IMG/VR virus record: IMGVR_UViG_3300020151_001403
Strand: one strand, 5' to 3'
DNA length: 64,000 nucleotides
Source: an uncultured virus (IMG/VR IMGVR_UViG_3300020151_001403)
Lineage: Duplodnaviria > Heunggongvirae > Uroviricota > Caudoviricetes
In this document: positions 1 to 9,464 of the stretch, in pieces
Layout of the letters: each line of letters opens with the position of its first letter
Position numbering within the stretch: the first letter of the stretch is position 1
Notes under the pieces: generated by a model
Database searches by the model: none
Seen by the model: the letters and a program-made list of their open reading frames with translations, nothing else
What the model was told of the DNA's origin: nothing
Made by a program: the position numbers and the translations under genes

Positions 1-113
1 TCATCACCTTTCTTTTTTGATTTAAAAATATCGGTTAATGAGTCATCGTTAATTTTCTTAACTGCCTCAATTTTAGAAATAATTTTATTTTTGGTATCCT
101 TAATTCTGCTCAT
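1..113 (-). CDS. Partial hypothetical protein (runs off the window start)
   Basis: ATG at 113 overlaps the TAA of the 113..493 ORF; the frame reads MSRIKDTKNKIISKIEAVKKINDDSL with no stop to the edge. Confidence 0.65.
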   Translation of the reverse strand, partial: MSRIKDTKNKIISKIEAVKKINDDSLTDIFKSKKKGD

Positions 114-493
114 TAAAGTTTGTAGTTATCTTTACCTTTATCTGAATCATCATTCATTAACTTATCTAATATATCCCTATCTTCATCAGATAATGTTAAT
201 TTACCTGTGAATCCACCACCAGCAGCACCACTTGATTGTTGTTGTTTCAACATAACACCCTGTAGCTTAACTAATGATATTTTCTTTTCTGTACATTCAT
301 TAAGAATTTTTTGTTGTTCCTTAATGACAGGTCCAATAACGCTCATGTCTTCGGCGTCTTTCATAAACGATAACATCTTTTTCATAATCAAAGATGCCGT
401 ATTTTTTTGTTCTACAATATCATTGTAGATTTCTTGCATTAATGATAACGCTGAATCAATTTCCAACGTTATTATATTTCTTTTCGGTCTCAT
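113..493 (-). CDS. Hypothetical coiled-coil protein
   Basis: 126 aa ORF co-oriented with its neighbours; TATTTAT motif 4 nt upstream. Confidence 0.75.
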   Translation of the reverse strand: MRPKRNIITLEIDSALSLMQEIYNDIVEQKNTASLIMKKMLSFMKDAEDMSVIGPVIKEQQKILNECTEKKISLVKLQGVMLKQQQSSGAAGGGFTGKLTLSDEDRDILDKLMNDDSDKGKDNYKL

Positions 494-507
494 AGTAATA
501 AATAGAT

Positions 508-1206
508 TTATTCTAAAAATCCACCTAAAATACCATCATACATTTTCTTAAACCTTTTTAAAGAAATTCTAATTTCTTTTGTGGAAAGTGATGTCATTTC
601 TCTTAATGATAATAAAATAAGATTTTTATTAAACTTATTACCATCACCCACTTGAAATATTTTATCAAAATTACCAAATATCTCAAGTAATGCATACCCC
701 AATTTCCGTTCATTGTCAGTTAGTGATTCCGTTTCCACAAATTCTTCTAAAGACATATTTAATTTTATAATAACATCTCTATAGTCGATAATGTATTCAT
801 CAATCACATATGATAAATCCGCTCTATCTTCAATGTCAGACGATATATCATCATATGACACACTACGATTAGTTTCTTTGGTATCTTTTTGAATGGCACC
901 CATAAGGTAGTTCTTACAAATGGTTCCAAAGTAAGAGTATGCTTTATGGTTTTTAGTGTGGTCAAACTTATTAATTTTGGTAATAAGAAAAGACATAGTA
1001 TCTGCATGTATCTCTTCAAATTCTAAGTCTTTTCTATATAATTTATAACGTCGAATAATTGATTCAACCATTATAATGAGGGGGTCTCTTAAATATTCAT
1101 TGAATATCTTATTTCTATCTACATCGGAATCGGATTCTAAATATCGTACTACCGCTTGTTCTTGTTCCTCCCCAAAGTATATCTTTTGGGTTCTTTTTCT
1201 TGGCAT
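508..1206 (-). CDS. Late-transcription sigma factor (T4 gp55-like)
   Basis: Sigma region-2-like segment INKFDHTKNHKAYSYFGTICKNYL resembles the gp55-family 'FD...AFSYFT.I..N' motif. Confidence 0.7.
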   Translation of the reverse strand: MPRKRTQKIYFGEEQEQAVVRYLESDSDVDRNKIFNEYLRDPLIIMVESIIRRYKLYRKDLEFEEIHADTMSFLITKINKFDHTKNHKAYSYFGTICKNYLMGAIQKDTKETNRSVSYDDISSDIEDRADLSYVIDEYIIDYRDVIIKLNMSLEEFVETESLTDNERKLGYALLEIFGNFDKIFQVGDGNKFNKNLILLSLREMTSLSTKEIRISLKRFKKMYDGILGGFLE

Positions 1207-1985
1207 TAAGATTTTACATATTCAACTTCACGTTTATTTTTAAAAAAGAATTCCTTTTTAGATGTTTCCAACCAAAATTTAGCCTCATCTTCATTTAGTT
1301 TAAAATTTTCATTGTTTTTGTAATTCCAAAATAAAGAATCTTCTCTAACGTTAACATGTTGATACCCCACTTTTGGTACTGTCATAATTCGAACGTGATT
1401 ATGAGTTAAACGTAGTAAAAATTCATAACTAAAAGTTAATTTAATATTTTCCTTAAATAAACCATTATCTTTTATGACTTGAGTACGATATAGTCCCCCA
1501 CTTGTTTGATAATTTTGAAAATCTAATAAAACTTCATTATCTAAGAATCCTTGTCTATCGGTAAATCCGAACGCCCAAACCGATTCGTTTGTGTAACTTA
1601 AAAAATCACCTTTAATGTTTACATCTTTAACGATTGGTAAAAACACATCCACATCTTTGTAAATTGACATATAATCATTCATGGATTTTAACCATATCGG
1701 TTTAAACTCGTCGTCAATTTCTAAAATGGTAAACCATTCAGTTGTACATTTTTCAATACCGTGGTTTATTTGTGAACAGAAATCTGTTTGACTATTATGT
1801 GTGTTTATTTCAATTTCTAATTTATCTGATAAGTCCTTTAAATCTCCAATAATATCTGAAGGGCATACAATTGATAATTTTACGTCATTATGAAAATCTT
1901 CAATTGACTTGATTGCATTATCTAACATTTGTTTATAATCCTCATTCATTTTATGAATGGGTAAAATTACCGTGATATTTTTCAT
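1206..1985 (-). CDS. Glycosyltransferase, GT-A fold (GT2-like)
   Basis: N-terminal ITVILPIH, INHGIEKC, acidic ILEIDD motif, YEFLLRL. Confidence 0.75.
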   Translation of the reverse strand: MKNITVILPIHKMNEDYKQMLDNAIKSIEDFHNDVKLSIVCPSDIIGDLKDLSDKLEIEINTHNSQTDFCSQINHGIEKCTTEWFTILEIDDEFKPIWLKSMNDYMSIYKDVDVFLPIVKDVNIKGDFLSYTNESVWAFGFTDRQGFLDNEVLLDFQNYQTSGGLYRTQVIKDNGLFKENIKLTFSYEFLLRLTHNHVRIMTVPKVGYQHVNVREDSLFWNYKNNENFKLNEDEAKFWLETSKKEFFFKNKREVEYVKS

Positions 1986-3046
1986 ACTGTTTCTTCTTGT
2001 TTTAAGTTTTCAATTGTTTTTTGAATTGTTTCAATTCTTTTGTTTCTTAATGAATTAAAAATTGATAATATATTAATGTCTGTTATTGATTTTTCATATG
2101 GTAAAAGAGTTTCTTTCATTTTGTCCTTTACCTCATCTTCTAACTCAATTCCGTCAATCCACGCTAAAACAAATGTTCCTAATATATTCACAATTTTACT
2201 TAGGTCGTATGTCCACATACCATTTTCAGTTAACCAATCAGGTTCGGTATTTGGTATTTTTCCAACAACAGGAACACCTGATTTCATAGATTCTAGTGGA
2301 AATGTGCCAAATGTTGACTCATCATCAACCCACACTGAAACCATACACTCCCTTAAACCATCCGAAAATTCGTTATATGACATTTGAATCATATCTTTAA
2401 AAGTAATCCATCTTAGTTGTGGAAATTTTAAATAAAATTCTGAAATAATTTTTTTATGGATTAATCTATCTCTGCAACTAATAGCGATAAACGGTTTTAA
2501 AGGTAAATCAAGAGGTTTAAAGTTGTCTCCTATAAATGGAGGGATAATAAACACTAACGATTCGGGAAAATATTCCATAATGTATTTTTTACTTGATTCA
2601 GTTGTTGTAATAACCCTATCAAATCCAAAATCACTCCAACGACTACCAATCGGTAAATTTTCAAAAATGTAATCTTTTTGTTGCACCAACATAACTTTTA
2701 CACATTTTACATTAGATAATTGTTGTAATGCGTTGGAGTAATATTCGGGGACTACTAATATATCATCCACTTTTATTTCAACTTTATCATCTTTAATTGA
2801 TACAACACTTAAATTGTCATATTCATCACCTAACCAAGATTTAACACCTGTGTATGATTTGTCCTCAACTAAAATTTTTGATTCAATTCCATTTTCATTT
2901 AATGTTTTAGCCATGTCGTAAATATACTTAATGGAGGCTCTTGCATTATTTTTTGTATCATATGTTAAAAAATATACAATACTTTCACTTTTTTCTAATC
3001 TGCCTAATGCCGATTTTAACTTTTCAATATTTTCTATATTACTCAT
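1982..3046 (-). CDS. Glycosyltransferase, GT-B fold
   Basis: C-terminal ESTFGTFPLESMKSGVPVVG matches the GT4-type E-x7-E signature; DILVVPEY. Confidence 0.75.
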   Translation of the reverse strand: MSNIENIEKLKSALGRLEKSESIVYFLTYDTKNNARASIKYIYDMAKTLNENGIESKILVEDKSYTGVKSWLGDEYDNLSVVSIKDDKVEIKVDDILVVPEYYSNALQQLSNVKCVKVMLVQQKDYIFENLPIGSRWSDFGFDRVITTTESSKKYIMEYFPESLVFIIPPFIGDNFKPLDLPLKPFIAISCRDRLIHKKIISEFYLKFPQLRWITFKDMIQMSYNEFSDGLRECMVSVWVDDESTFGTFPLESMKSGVPVVGKIPNTEPDWLTENGMWTYDLSKIVNILGTFVLAWIDGIELEDEVKDKMKETLLPYEKSITDINILSIFNSLRNKRIETIQKTIENLKQEETV

Positions 3047-3344
3047 CGTCTTCGTTTAATTCTTCTATTAAGATTTCATATTTTATTAATGTGTTAAAAG
3101 CAATTTTAAATGATTGTGATGCTTTTTTCACTCCAAATATATCGGAGTCATCATCTTGTTCATCATATTCACCTAAAACTCGTTCCAAACACATTTTTAC
3201 AATTTCGTATTTGAAAATGTTTAAAGAACCCGAATTTTCATCCTCTTCTTCATCTTCTTCATATTTTTTTATTGATTCGATTCTACATCTGTCTGTGACT
3301 GAGTCAAGGTCAATGTAGTAGTTTTTTCCGTAGATTTCAACCAT
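3039..3344 (-). CDS. Hypothetical acidic protein
   Basis: 101 aa ORF in the operon, overlapping both neighbours. Confidence 0.6.
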   Translation of the reverse strand: MVEIYGKNYYIDLDSVTDRCRIESIKKYEEDEEEDENSGSLNIFKYEIVKMCLERVLGEYDEQDDDSDIFGVKKASQSFKIAFNTLIKYEILIEELNEDDE

Positions 3345-3916
3345 GGTTCTGTTATTTCAGTTAATTTAGTTATTTCTTTTTTATTAGTAAAGTATTCGTT
3401 ATATGGTGTATTGAATTTGATTGAATATTTCTCATCAGGACATAAGTCAACGATTGACTTATTATCCGTAATCCACACATCACATTTAGTCCACATTTCT
3501 TCAATTTGTGATGTTTTAATAAATTTTATATTATCACCTAAGAATCCACTCTTTGATAAAAAGAATAGGGTGGCCGGTTTTGCTTTACCCAATTCATCTA
3601 AACCAATAAGTGTAAATGTATGTTCAGGATTTTCGTGCATGATTTTATGTAAATCAGTAAACGTAGTTTGATAACTTAATCCCGCGTGACCAAATATTTC
3701 TATTGGATATTCCATGTATAAAAAGAAGTCATATTCATTTTTATCTTGGAATTTATAATAATTAAAAAGATTATCATTTAAGACTTTATCTGAAATCCCA
3801 TATTCAAATGTATTTTCTTCGTCGAATTCGGAATCAATAAACTCGTTCTTATAATGATAATCAAATTTTTGTATTGTGTTTCTAATAACACCGTCAATAC
3901 TAATAAAAATTTCCAT
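3269..3916 (-). CDS. HAD-fold 5'(3')-nucleotidase-like protein with degenerate motif I
   Basis: IFISIDGVIRN (DxDGV-like), DVWITDN, IKFNTPYN; start more likely the ATG at 3916. Confidence 0.6.
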   Translation of the reverse strand: MEIFISIDGVIRNTIQKFDYHYKNEFIDSEFDEENTFEYGISDKVLNDNLFNYYKFQDKNEYDFFLYMEYPIEIFGHAGLSYQTTFTDLHKIMHENPEHTFTLIGLDELGKAKPATLFFLSKSGFLGDNIKFIKTSQIEEMWTKCDVWITDNKSIVDLCPDEKYSIKFNTPYNEYFTNKKEITKLTEITEPWLKSTEKTTTLTLTQSQTDVESNQ

Positions 3917-3954
3917 ATAAGAAATATACAATTAAATAATCTATAAGTAAATAA

Positions 3955-3990
3955 TAAACCCACACCATTATGATAAACGATGTGGGTTTA
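3955..3990 (-). terminator. Hairpin, probable terminator after phoH
   Basis: TAAACCCACA...TGTGGGTTTA 10-bp inverted repeat. Confidence 0.55.
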
Positions 3991-4012
3991 GTGTGCAAAA
4001 TTAACTTTATTG

Positions 4013-4726
4013 TTAATCGTATCTTCTTAGTATTTGACCAATTAATGGGTTTCTTACAACGTCATCAATACCAAACTCAAATATACCTACACCACTCAAA
4101 TCCTCTAATCTTTTCTTAGCATCATAGAGTCCTGATTTAGTTTTATCTTTGTATTTGTCCGATTGTTCGAGGTCTCCTGATATGAAAAACTTGGAATTAA
4201 AACCAATACGTGTTAGAAGTAGTTTAATTTGAGCCGGTGTTGCGTTCTGAGCCTCTTCAAATACAAGTATCGTATTGTCTACGTTCCATCCTCTCATGTA
4301 AGCCAATGCCGCCACCTCAATAAACCCTTCATCTTTCAATCTTTCTCTCGATTCTTTTCCGATAATTTTATTTAAAAGATAATAAGATGGGTAGATGTAT
4401 GGGTCCAATTTTTCTTCCAAACCACCGGGTAAAGAACCAAGTTTTTCTTCCGCCTCAACCGCCGGTCTAACAATAATGATTTTCTCATACTTGTTATCCT
4501 CGTCATAGAGTAAATCAACCGCACGTTTCATTGCAATATAAGACTTACCAACCCCCGCAGGACCAAAACATAATGTTATTTGATTTTCCCCAAGTATTCT
4601 CCAATACTCTTCTTGATTTTTAGTTAGGAATTTTTCTTTAGGTCGTTTAATTAACTCTCTAATTCTTTGTTTATGTGGTGTTTTCTTTTCCTCTGTAACT
4701 ACTATTTTACTTTTCGGCTTTATCAA
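4013..4726 (-). CDS. phoH: PhoH-family ATPase
   Basis: GPAGVGKS Walker A, RPAVEAEEKLGSLPG, AYMRG, EEAQN, SGDLEQSD; TTG start. Confidence 0.93.
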   Translation of the reverse strand: MIKPKSKIVVTEEKKTPHKQRIRELIKRPKEKFLTKNQEEYWRILGENQITLCFGPAGVGKSYIAMKRAVDLLYDEDNKYEKIIIVRPAVEAEEKLGSLPGGLEEKLDPYIYPSYYLLNKIIGKESRERLKDEGFIEVAALAYMRGWNVDNTILVFEEAQNATPAQIKLLLTRIGFNSKFFISGDLEQSDKYKDKTKSGLYDAKKRLEDLSGVGIFEFGIDDVVRNPLIGQILRRYD

Positions 4727-4766
4727 AGTTTCCTAATTTATAATAAGTTTATTATGTAGATAAATA

Positions 4767-5384
4767 TCATAATCCGGTAGAACCGAACCCACCCGTACCT
4801 CTATCGGTGTCTGATAATTCATCACTTTCCACCATAAATACCTGTGGATATGGTAAAATAATTATTTGAGCACCCCTTTCACCAACATTATAAAATTTCT
4901 CACTTGGGTCTGTTTTTTTAAATGTAGATTGAATTTCACCTCTGTACCCACTATCGATAACACCAACACAATTTGATAATATCAAATCTTGGTTTTTAAC
5001 GGACGACCTTGGAAAAACTAATCCAACATATCCATTAGGGATTTCCATTGCAATGCCGAACCCGTATGACACACTAAATGATGTGTTTTCAATTTCACGT
5101 GTAATTGTTAAATCCATACCAGCATCACCCGGTTTAGAGTATGATGGTATTACCGCATTTTCATGTAATTTTTTAACTTTTATTGTCAGTGATTGAAATG
5201 TGAGTTGTGCACCGTATTGTTTAGGAATTGATGTTGGTTGTGGTTTAGAAATATCTGTTGATATTTTTTTAATAACATCGTCTAATTTATTTAAAAAATC
5301 AGTATCAATTTTTTCACCTTCCGATAGTATTTCTTCGTAATTTTTTAATTGATTAATATAATTTTCTATTTGATTTTTATCCAT
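4767..5384 (-). CDS. dut: Trimeric dUTPase with N-terminal extension
   Basis: DAGMDL, PRSS, GVIDSGYRGEI, AQIII, RGTGGFGSTG motifs. Confidence 0.95.
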   Translation of the reverse strand: MDKNQIENYINQLKNYEEILSEGEKIDTDFLNKLDDVIKKISTDISKPQPTSIPKQYGAQLTFQSLTIKVKKLHENAVIPSYSKPGDAGMDLTITREIENTSFSVSYGFGIAMEIPNGYVGLVFPRSSVKNQDLILSNCVGVIDSGYRGEIQSTFKKTDPSEKFYNVGERGAQIIILPYPQVFMVESDELSDTDRGTGGFGSTGL

Positions 5385-5440
5385 ATTACTTTTTAATTTT
5401 ACACCGGCCGAACATAGTAATTCGACCGGCGCTTTAAAAT

Positions 5441-5674
5441 TTATTGATTGTAATAAGTTGGGTAATTCATTTCATCAATCACACAATCAATTTTTAATTT
5501 CTTAACATCAATGATATGGCTTGACCTCATATCCTCTGATAAAAATTTAGTAGCGGTGATGTTCGCCTCTACGTTTGAGTGTGCGTATACCACAATGTTT
5601 GATTTTGTGATACGTGGATTACCTTCTCGGTCTAATTGTTCGGATTCATATCCTACTGTTACTGTGTAATACAT
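5441..5674 (-). CDS. Hypothetical protein
   Basis: 77 aa ORF, co-oriented. Confidence 0.65.
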   Translation of the reverse strand: MYYTVTVGYESEQLDREGNPRITKSNIVVYAHSNVEANITATKFLSEDMRSSHIIDVKKLKIDCVIDEMNYPTYYNQ

Positions 5675-5684
5675 AATTGTAAAT

Positions 5685-6911
5685 TTATTTGTTAATAATT
5701 GATTTAAAAAATTCTACTCTATCTTGACAAGTTTTTCTTAATGAATATTTGTCTTTTACTGTTTCATATAATCTCTCACCCATATCTTTAATCATATTTG
5801 GGTTTTCAACTAAACGTTTCATGTGTTTTGCCCAATCTTTGTGGTTTCTTTTTGGGTTAACTAATAATGCGTTACCGTTATCATTAAATTTACCTTCGTT
5901 AACCGCACTAATTAAATCTAAAGTATATGGGTTAGTTTCACTTGCAATAATAGCTTTTTTATGAAAACCCGCCTCAATAATTTTTAATTGGGACTTATTC
6001 CCATTAAATGTTGATTCAACAAGTGGAGCTAAAGATATATCGAAATTATTGTAATTATTTGCGTATCTACTTACTTCTTGTGTCCAAACTCTTCGATATG
6101 GTTTATCTATATCGTTATATGGTATTTCTACAAAGGTATTAAGAAAATTCTTATATTCAACATCGACGGATAAATAATTTTTAGTAAACATTTTCTCGTA
6201 CTTGTACCATACAGTTTCTGATGGCTGAATTGGTCTTTGTTTTCTTTCTCCTGTTTTAGGATTAATTTCAGTTACAGAACCTCTTAAATCAAAACCGCAA
6301 AGTACAAATTGTACCTTATCACCATAATTGTCATGAGTAGTTGAAATTGCGTCTGATATTAATTCAATATCGTGTAAATGTGATGAACCACCTAACCATC
6401 CAAATCTTACTTTATCGGATTCGGTAGGTTTCGGTTTAAATTGTTGCTCCTCGTCATTTACTGAATTTGGAAAAATCAACACATTTTTTGAGTTAATTTT
6501 ATTCTCTATTGTCTTAGCAAAGATTGGTGTGGTTGTTGAAACATAATCAACCAATTTTAACATTTCAAGTTTTCTTTCAGGTATTTTTGACATTATGATT
6601 TGTTGATACATTGGATGTCTTTGGTCCACCGACCAAAAATCATCAATATCCATAATAACTTTTATTCCCTCCTTTTTTAACCAATTTATTCTCTCAATAT
6701 TGTCTTCGTGAGTTGTTTGGTGAATAAAACTATGAAATATCACTATATCATATCCAATAAATGATTCGTTTTTATTTTCCACATCAAAAGAAATATCAAC
6801 GTGAATATCATTTGAATGGTTATCCCCTATAAATGTATATGGGTCGAGAATTCTGAATTTACCAACACCGTATTTATCAGAAGGTATTGCTAATATTTTA
6901 ATTTTAGACAT
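5685..6911 (-). CDS. Glycosyltransferase, GT-B fold (GT4-like)
   Basis: MDIDDFW, RFGWLGGSSHLHD, DISLAPL...FNGNKSQLKIIEAG, AIIASE. Confidence 0.8.
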   Translation of the reverse strand: MSKIKILAIPSDKYGVGKFRILDPYTFIGDNHSNDIHVDISFDVENKNESFIGYDIVIFHSFIHQTTHEDNIERINWLKKEGIKVIMDIDDFWSVDQRHPMYQQIIMSKIPERKLEMLKLVDYVSTTTPIFAKTIENKINSKNVLIFPNSVNDEEQQFKPKPTESDKVRFGWLGGSSHLHDIELISDAISTTHDNYGDKVQFVLCGFDLRGSVTEINPKTGERKQRPIQPSETVWYKYEKMFTKNYLSVDVEYKNFLNTFVEIPYNDIDKPYRRVWTQEVSRYANNYNNFDISLAPLVESTFNGNKSQLKIIEAGFHKKAIIASETNPYTLDLISAVNEGKFNDNGNALLVNPKRNHKDWAKHMKRLVENPNMIKDMGERLYETVKDKYSLRKTCQDRVEFFKSIINK

Positions 6912-6959
6912 ATGTTTATTGTTCTAATGAATAATAAACAAAAAAATTGATAAAACAAA

Positions 6960-7574
6960 TTACTTTGATTTATTTACTCCAGTAATTTTACCTTTAAAAA
7001 TTGAATCTCCAACTTTTAATACTAAATTTTCATTAATTGATGATGTCGTCTGTGCCGTTAATATTTGATTTAATTTTTCATCCATAACTTTACGAATAGT
7101 ATTTTCTATTAAAACCGAAATTGCGTTCATATCAATATTACCACCAACATTTTGTACCGGTTTAGATTGTTGGTTTGATTTTGATGGGTTATTAGCACGA
7201 TTTTCTTGTTCGATTAATCTTTTTGCTCCTTTAACGAAATCCATATCAAGTGTTTCACCAAGAGAGATTTGTGAAATTGGGTTTTCCATCATTGCTTTTT
7301 TAATTGCGTCAGGCAATTTAGAATTTTGAATTTTAGATACATCAAAATCGGGGGTACTATAATTGTTTTGTTGTGATTGTGGTTGTTGAAATGATTGTTG
7401 AGCGTATTCACCACTATTATCATATCCATCCGATAACATAGATTCATTAACGTTACCTCTTGAGAAATCCCCACCCTGTACTTTTTGCATTACTTTACTT
7501 GCTTTGGCCAATTTAGCCATTAAATCATTTGCTGAAATCGGTCCTGCATTTAATCCGTTATTTGGTTGTGACAT
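6960..7574 (-). CDS. Hypothetical protein
   Basis: 204 aa ORF, Q/N-rich. Confidence 0.7.
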   Translation of the reverse strand: MSQPNNGLNAGPISANDLMAKLAKASKVMQKVQGGDFSRGNVNESMLSDGYDNSGEYAQQSFQQPQSQQNNYSTPDFDVSKIQNSKLPDAIKKAMMENPISQISLGETLDMDFVKGAKRLIEQENRANNPSKSNQQSKPVQNVGGNIDMNAISVLIENTIRKVMDEKLNQILTAQTTSSINENLVLKVGDSIFKGKITGVNKSK

Positions 7575-7598
7575 ATCTATATTTTTTTATTATTATAA

Positions 7599-8297
7599 TT
7601 AATTTAACAATAACATTAAACCTTTTATTCGTTTAATATTTTCCATAAGATTCTCATCTTCATCCTCTTCAGGATTTTCAGATGGTTTTTCTTCAGGTTT
7701 TGGTTGTGGTAACTCTTCAGGTTCGGGTTTTTCTACCTGTGGTGTTGGTTCCGCCTGTGGTTTTTCAACTGGTTTTGGTTGTGGTAGTTCTGTTTTTTCA
7801 GGTTCTATCTTAGTTGTCTGCGGTTGTGGTGTTGGTTTCATTTGAGGTGATGGTTCTGGTTTTTTAATCGGTTTAGGATTACTCTTAACACCCCAATCTG
7901 TTTTTGCATATGTAACTGAAAATGACCTATCATCACCTTCTTTATAACCAGGTCTTTTTGTGTCATATACCTCGTCAGTATTAATTTGAATATTACTCAT
8001 ACGAGTAACTAAAAATGTTCTCCAACCATGTTTTTGAAATCCTTTCTTTGAAACAGATGGTGGTTGTACATAAGCCCTAATTGCCATGTAACCTTTTTTT
8101 GTTAATCCTAACGCAACAACTTCCGCTTTATATCTTGTTCCTCTTTTTACACTATCTTTTTTAGGTTTGATTGGTCCCGAATAATAAAATGTAACAGTAT
8201 TTCTTTTCTTTATCGCATTAATAAGTGGTTGGGTTTTTGATGTACCCCTGTAAGTTTGTTCATTTATTAAATTGATAATTGTTTGTTTGAAAATCAT
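7599..8297 (-). CDS. WYL-like domain protein with Pro/Glu-rich tail
   Basis: AIKKRNTVTFYY...VVALG...IRAY...GWRTFLVTRMSNIQI fits the WYL pattern; PQPKP repeats follow. Confidence 0.6.
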   Translation of the reverse strand: MIFKQTIINLINEQTYRGTSKTQPLINAIKKRNTVTFYYSGPIKPKKDSVKRGTRYKAEVVALGLTKKGYMAIRAYVQPPSVSKKGFQKHGWRTFLVTRMSNIQINTDEVYDTKRPGYKEGDDRSFSVTYAKTDWGVKSNPKPIKKPEPSPQMKPTPQPQTTKIEPEKTELPQPKPVEKPQAEPTPQVEKPEPEELPQPKPEEKPSENPEEDEDENLMENIKRIKGLMLLLN

Positions 8298-8965
8298 ATT
8301 ACAAAATCGGGATAACCTTTTGTATCATTATATTTATTTTTAGCAACTACTTCAGTTCTTACATTAATGTCTGTTAACGAACCAACTTGACCATTTACAT
8401 CTCCTTTACCTTTATCGTCACCGTTAGATAACGCATTTAAGTTAATAGATGAGTACTGATTTTCACTATTATATATGTTTTTAGCAACTACCTCGTTTCT
8501 TGAGTTAATATCGGTTAATGAACCAATTTTTTTATTATTTTCACCTTTACCTTTATTATCGCCAGTGGATAAAGCATTTGGATTGTTTGAATCGTAGATG
8601 AATTTTTCGTTATAAGTGTTTTTAGATAAATTGGAAATTCTATTTTGAATATCTATGGAAGAACCAACCTGTCCATCAACATTACCCTTACCTTTATCAT
8701 CTCCCGTAGATAATGCATTTGGATTATTACTATCGTAAATATTATTTTCGTTGTAAGTATTTTTAGCCAAATTACCAATACGATTTTGAATATCGATAGA
8801 GGAACCTATTTTACCATCATTCTCACCTTTACCTTTTTCATCACCATCGGATAACGCATTAGGATTATTTGAATTGTAGATTTGATTTGAAGTATAATAA
8901 TTTTTTGATACGACTTCTTTTCTGTATTGTTCTGCCAATATTTCTAATTGTGTTTTGTCTGCCAT
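8294..8965 (-). CDS. Tandem-repeat protein (4 x 47 aa)
   Basis: NALSxGDxKGKG...GSxxDI repeated four times with a 141-nt period. Confidence 0.8.
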   Translation of the reverse strand: MADKTQLEILAEQYRKEVVSKNYYTSNQIYNSNNPNALSDGDEKGKGENDGKIGSSIDIQNRIGNLAKNTYNENNIYDSNNPNALSTGDDKGKGNVDGQVGSSIDIQNRISNLSKNTYNEKFIYDSNNPNALSTGDNKGKGENNKKIGSLTDINSRNEVVAKNIYNSENQYSSINLNALSNGDDKGKGDVNGQVGSLTDINVRTEVVAKNKYNDTKGYPDFVI

Positions 8966-8966
8966 A

Positions 8967-9464
8967 TTAGTAAATAATTAATTTTTTAATTTTTTCAATT
9001 TCTTCAAATAAACTGGTTGATATTATTGAGGAAACCGATGTTTTATCTGAATTACTTTTTAATGGATTTGTCGGTATTCTAAAATTGTCTTTCTTTTTAT
9101 GTGAAGATAAGTGACTATTTCTTCTTTCTCCGGTTATACTACCTATATCATCCGCTCTTTTTCTTGAATCTTTAGTATTACTAACTAAATTTCTTTCACC
9201 TTGTAAAAATTGTTTAGACCAAGTGTTCATTAAATCACCACCCGCTAAATTATATTTTGTTATATCTTTTACTTTATCAATTGTTTGTAAATCGTGAATA
9301 ATTCTTTTTAATTGTCCGTAAGTTACAGTTTTGTCTGATAAAAGTTTTTTAGCTCTCATTAATCCATCTGTATGTTTACCCATTAAACCACCAACCGTAT
9401 GATTGATTTGATTTAAAACATTTTGTGGAATATTAAAAACTCTATCTTTTAATTCTTTATTCAT
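8967..9464 (-). CDS. Hypothetical protein
   Basis: 165 aa ORF ending LFEEIEKIKKLIIY. Confidence 0.7.
   Translation of the reverse strand: MNKELKDRVFNIPQNVLNQINHTVGGLMGKHTDGLMRAKKLLSDKTVTYGQLKRIIHDLQTIDKVKDITKYNLAGGDLMNTWSKQFLQGERNLVSNTKDSRKRADDIGSITGERRNSHLSSHKKKDNFRIPTNPLKSNSDKTSVSSIISTSLFEEIEKIKKLIIY

Noticed and set aside
5404..5429. GC-rich imperfect hairpin CCGGCCGAA...TTCGACCGG
   Set aside because: Too short for a tRNA or known ncRNA; probably a simple stability or attenuation stem with no further support
8340..8900. 141-nt repeats as a CRISPR or ncRNA array
   Set aside because: They lie wholly within one ORF and are conserved at the protein level
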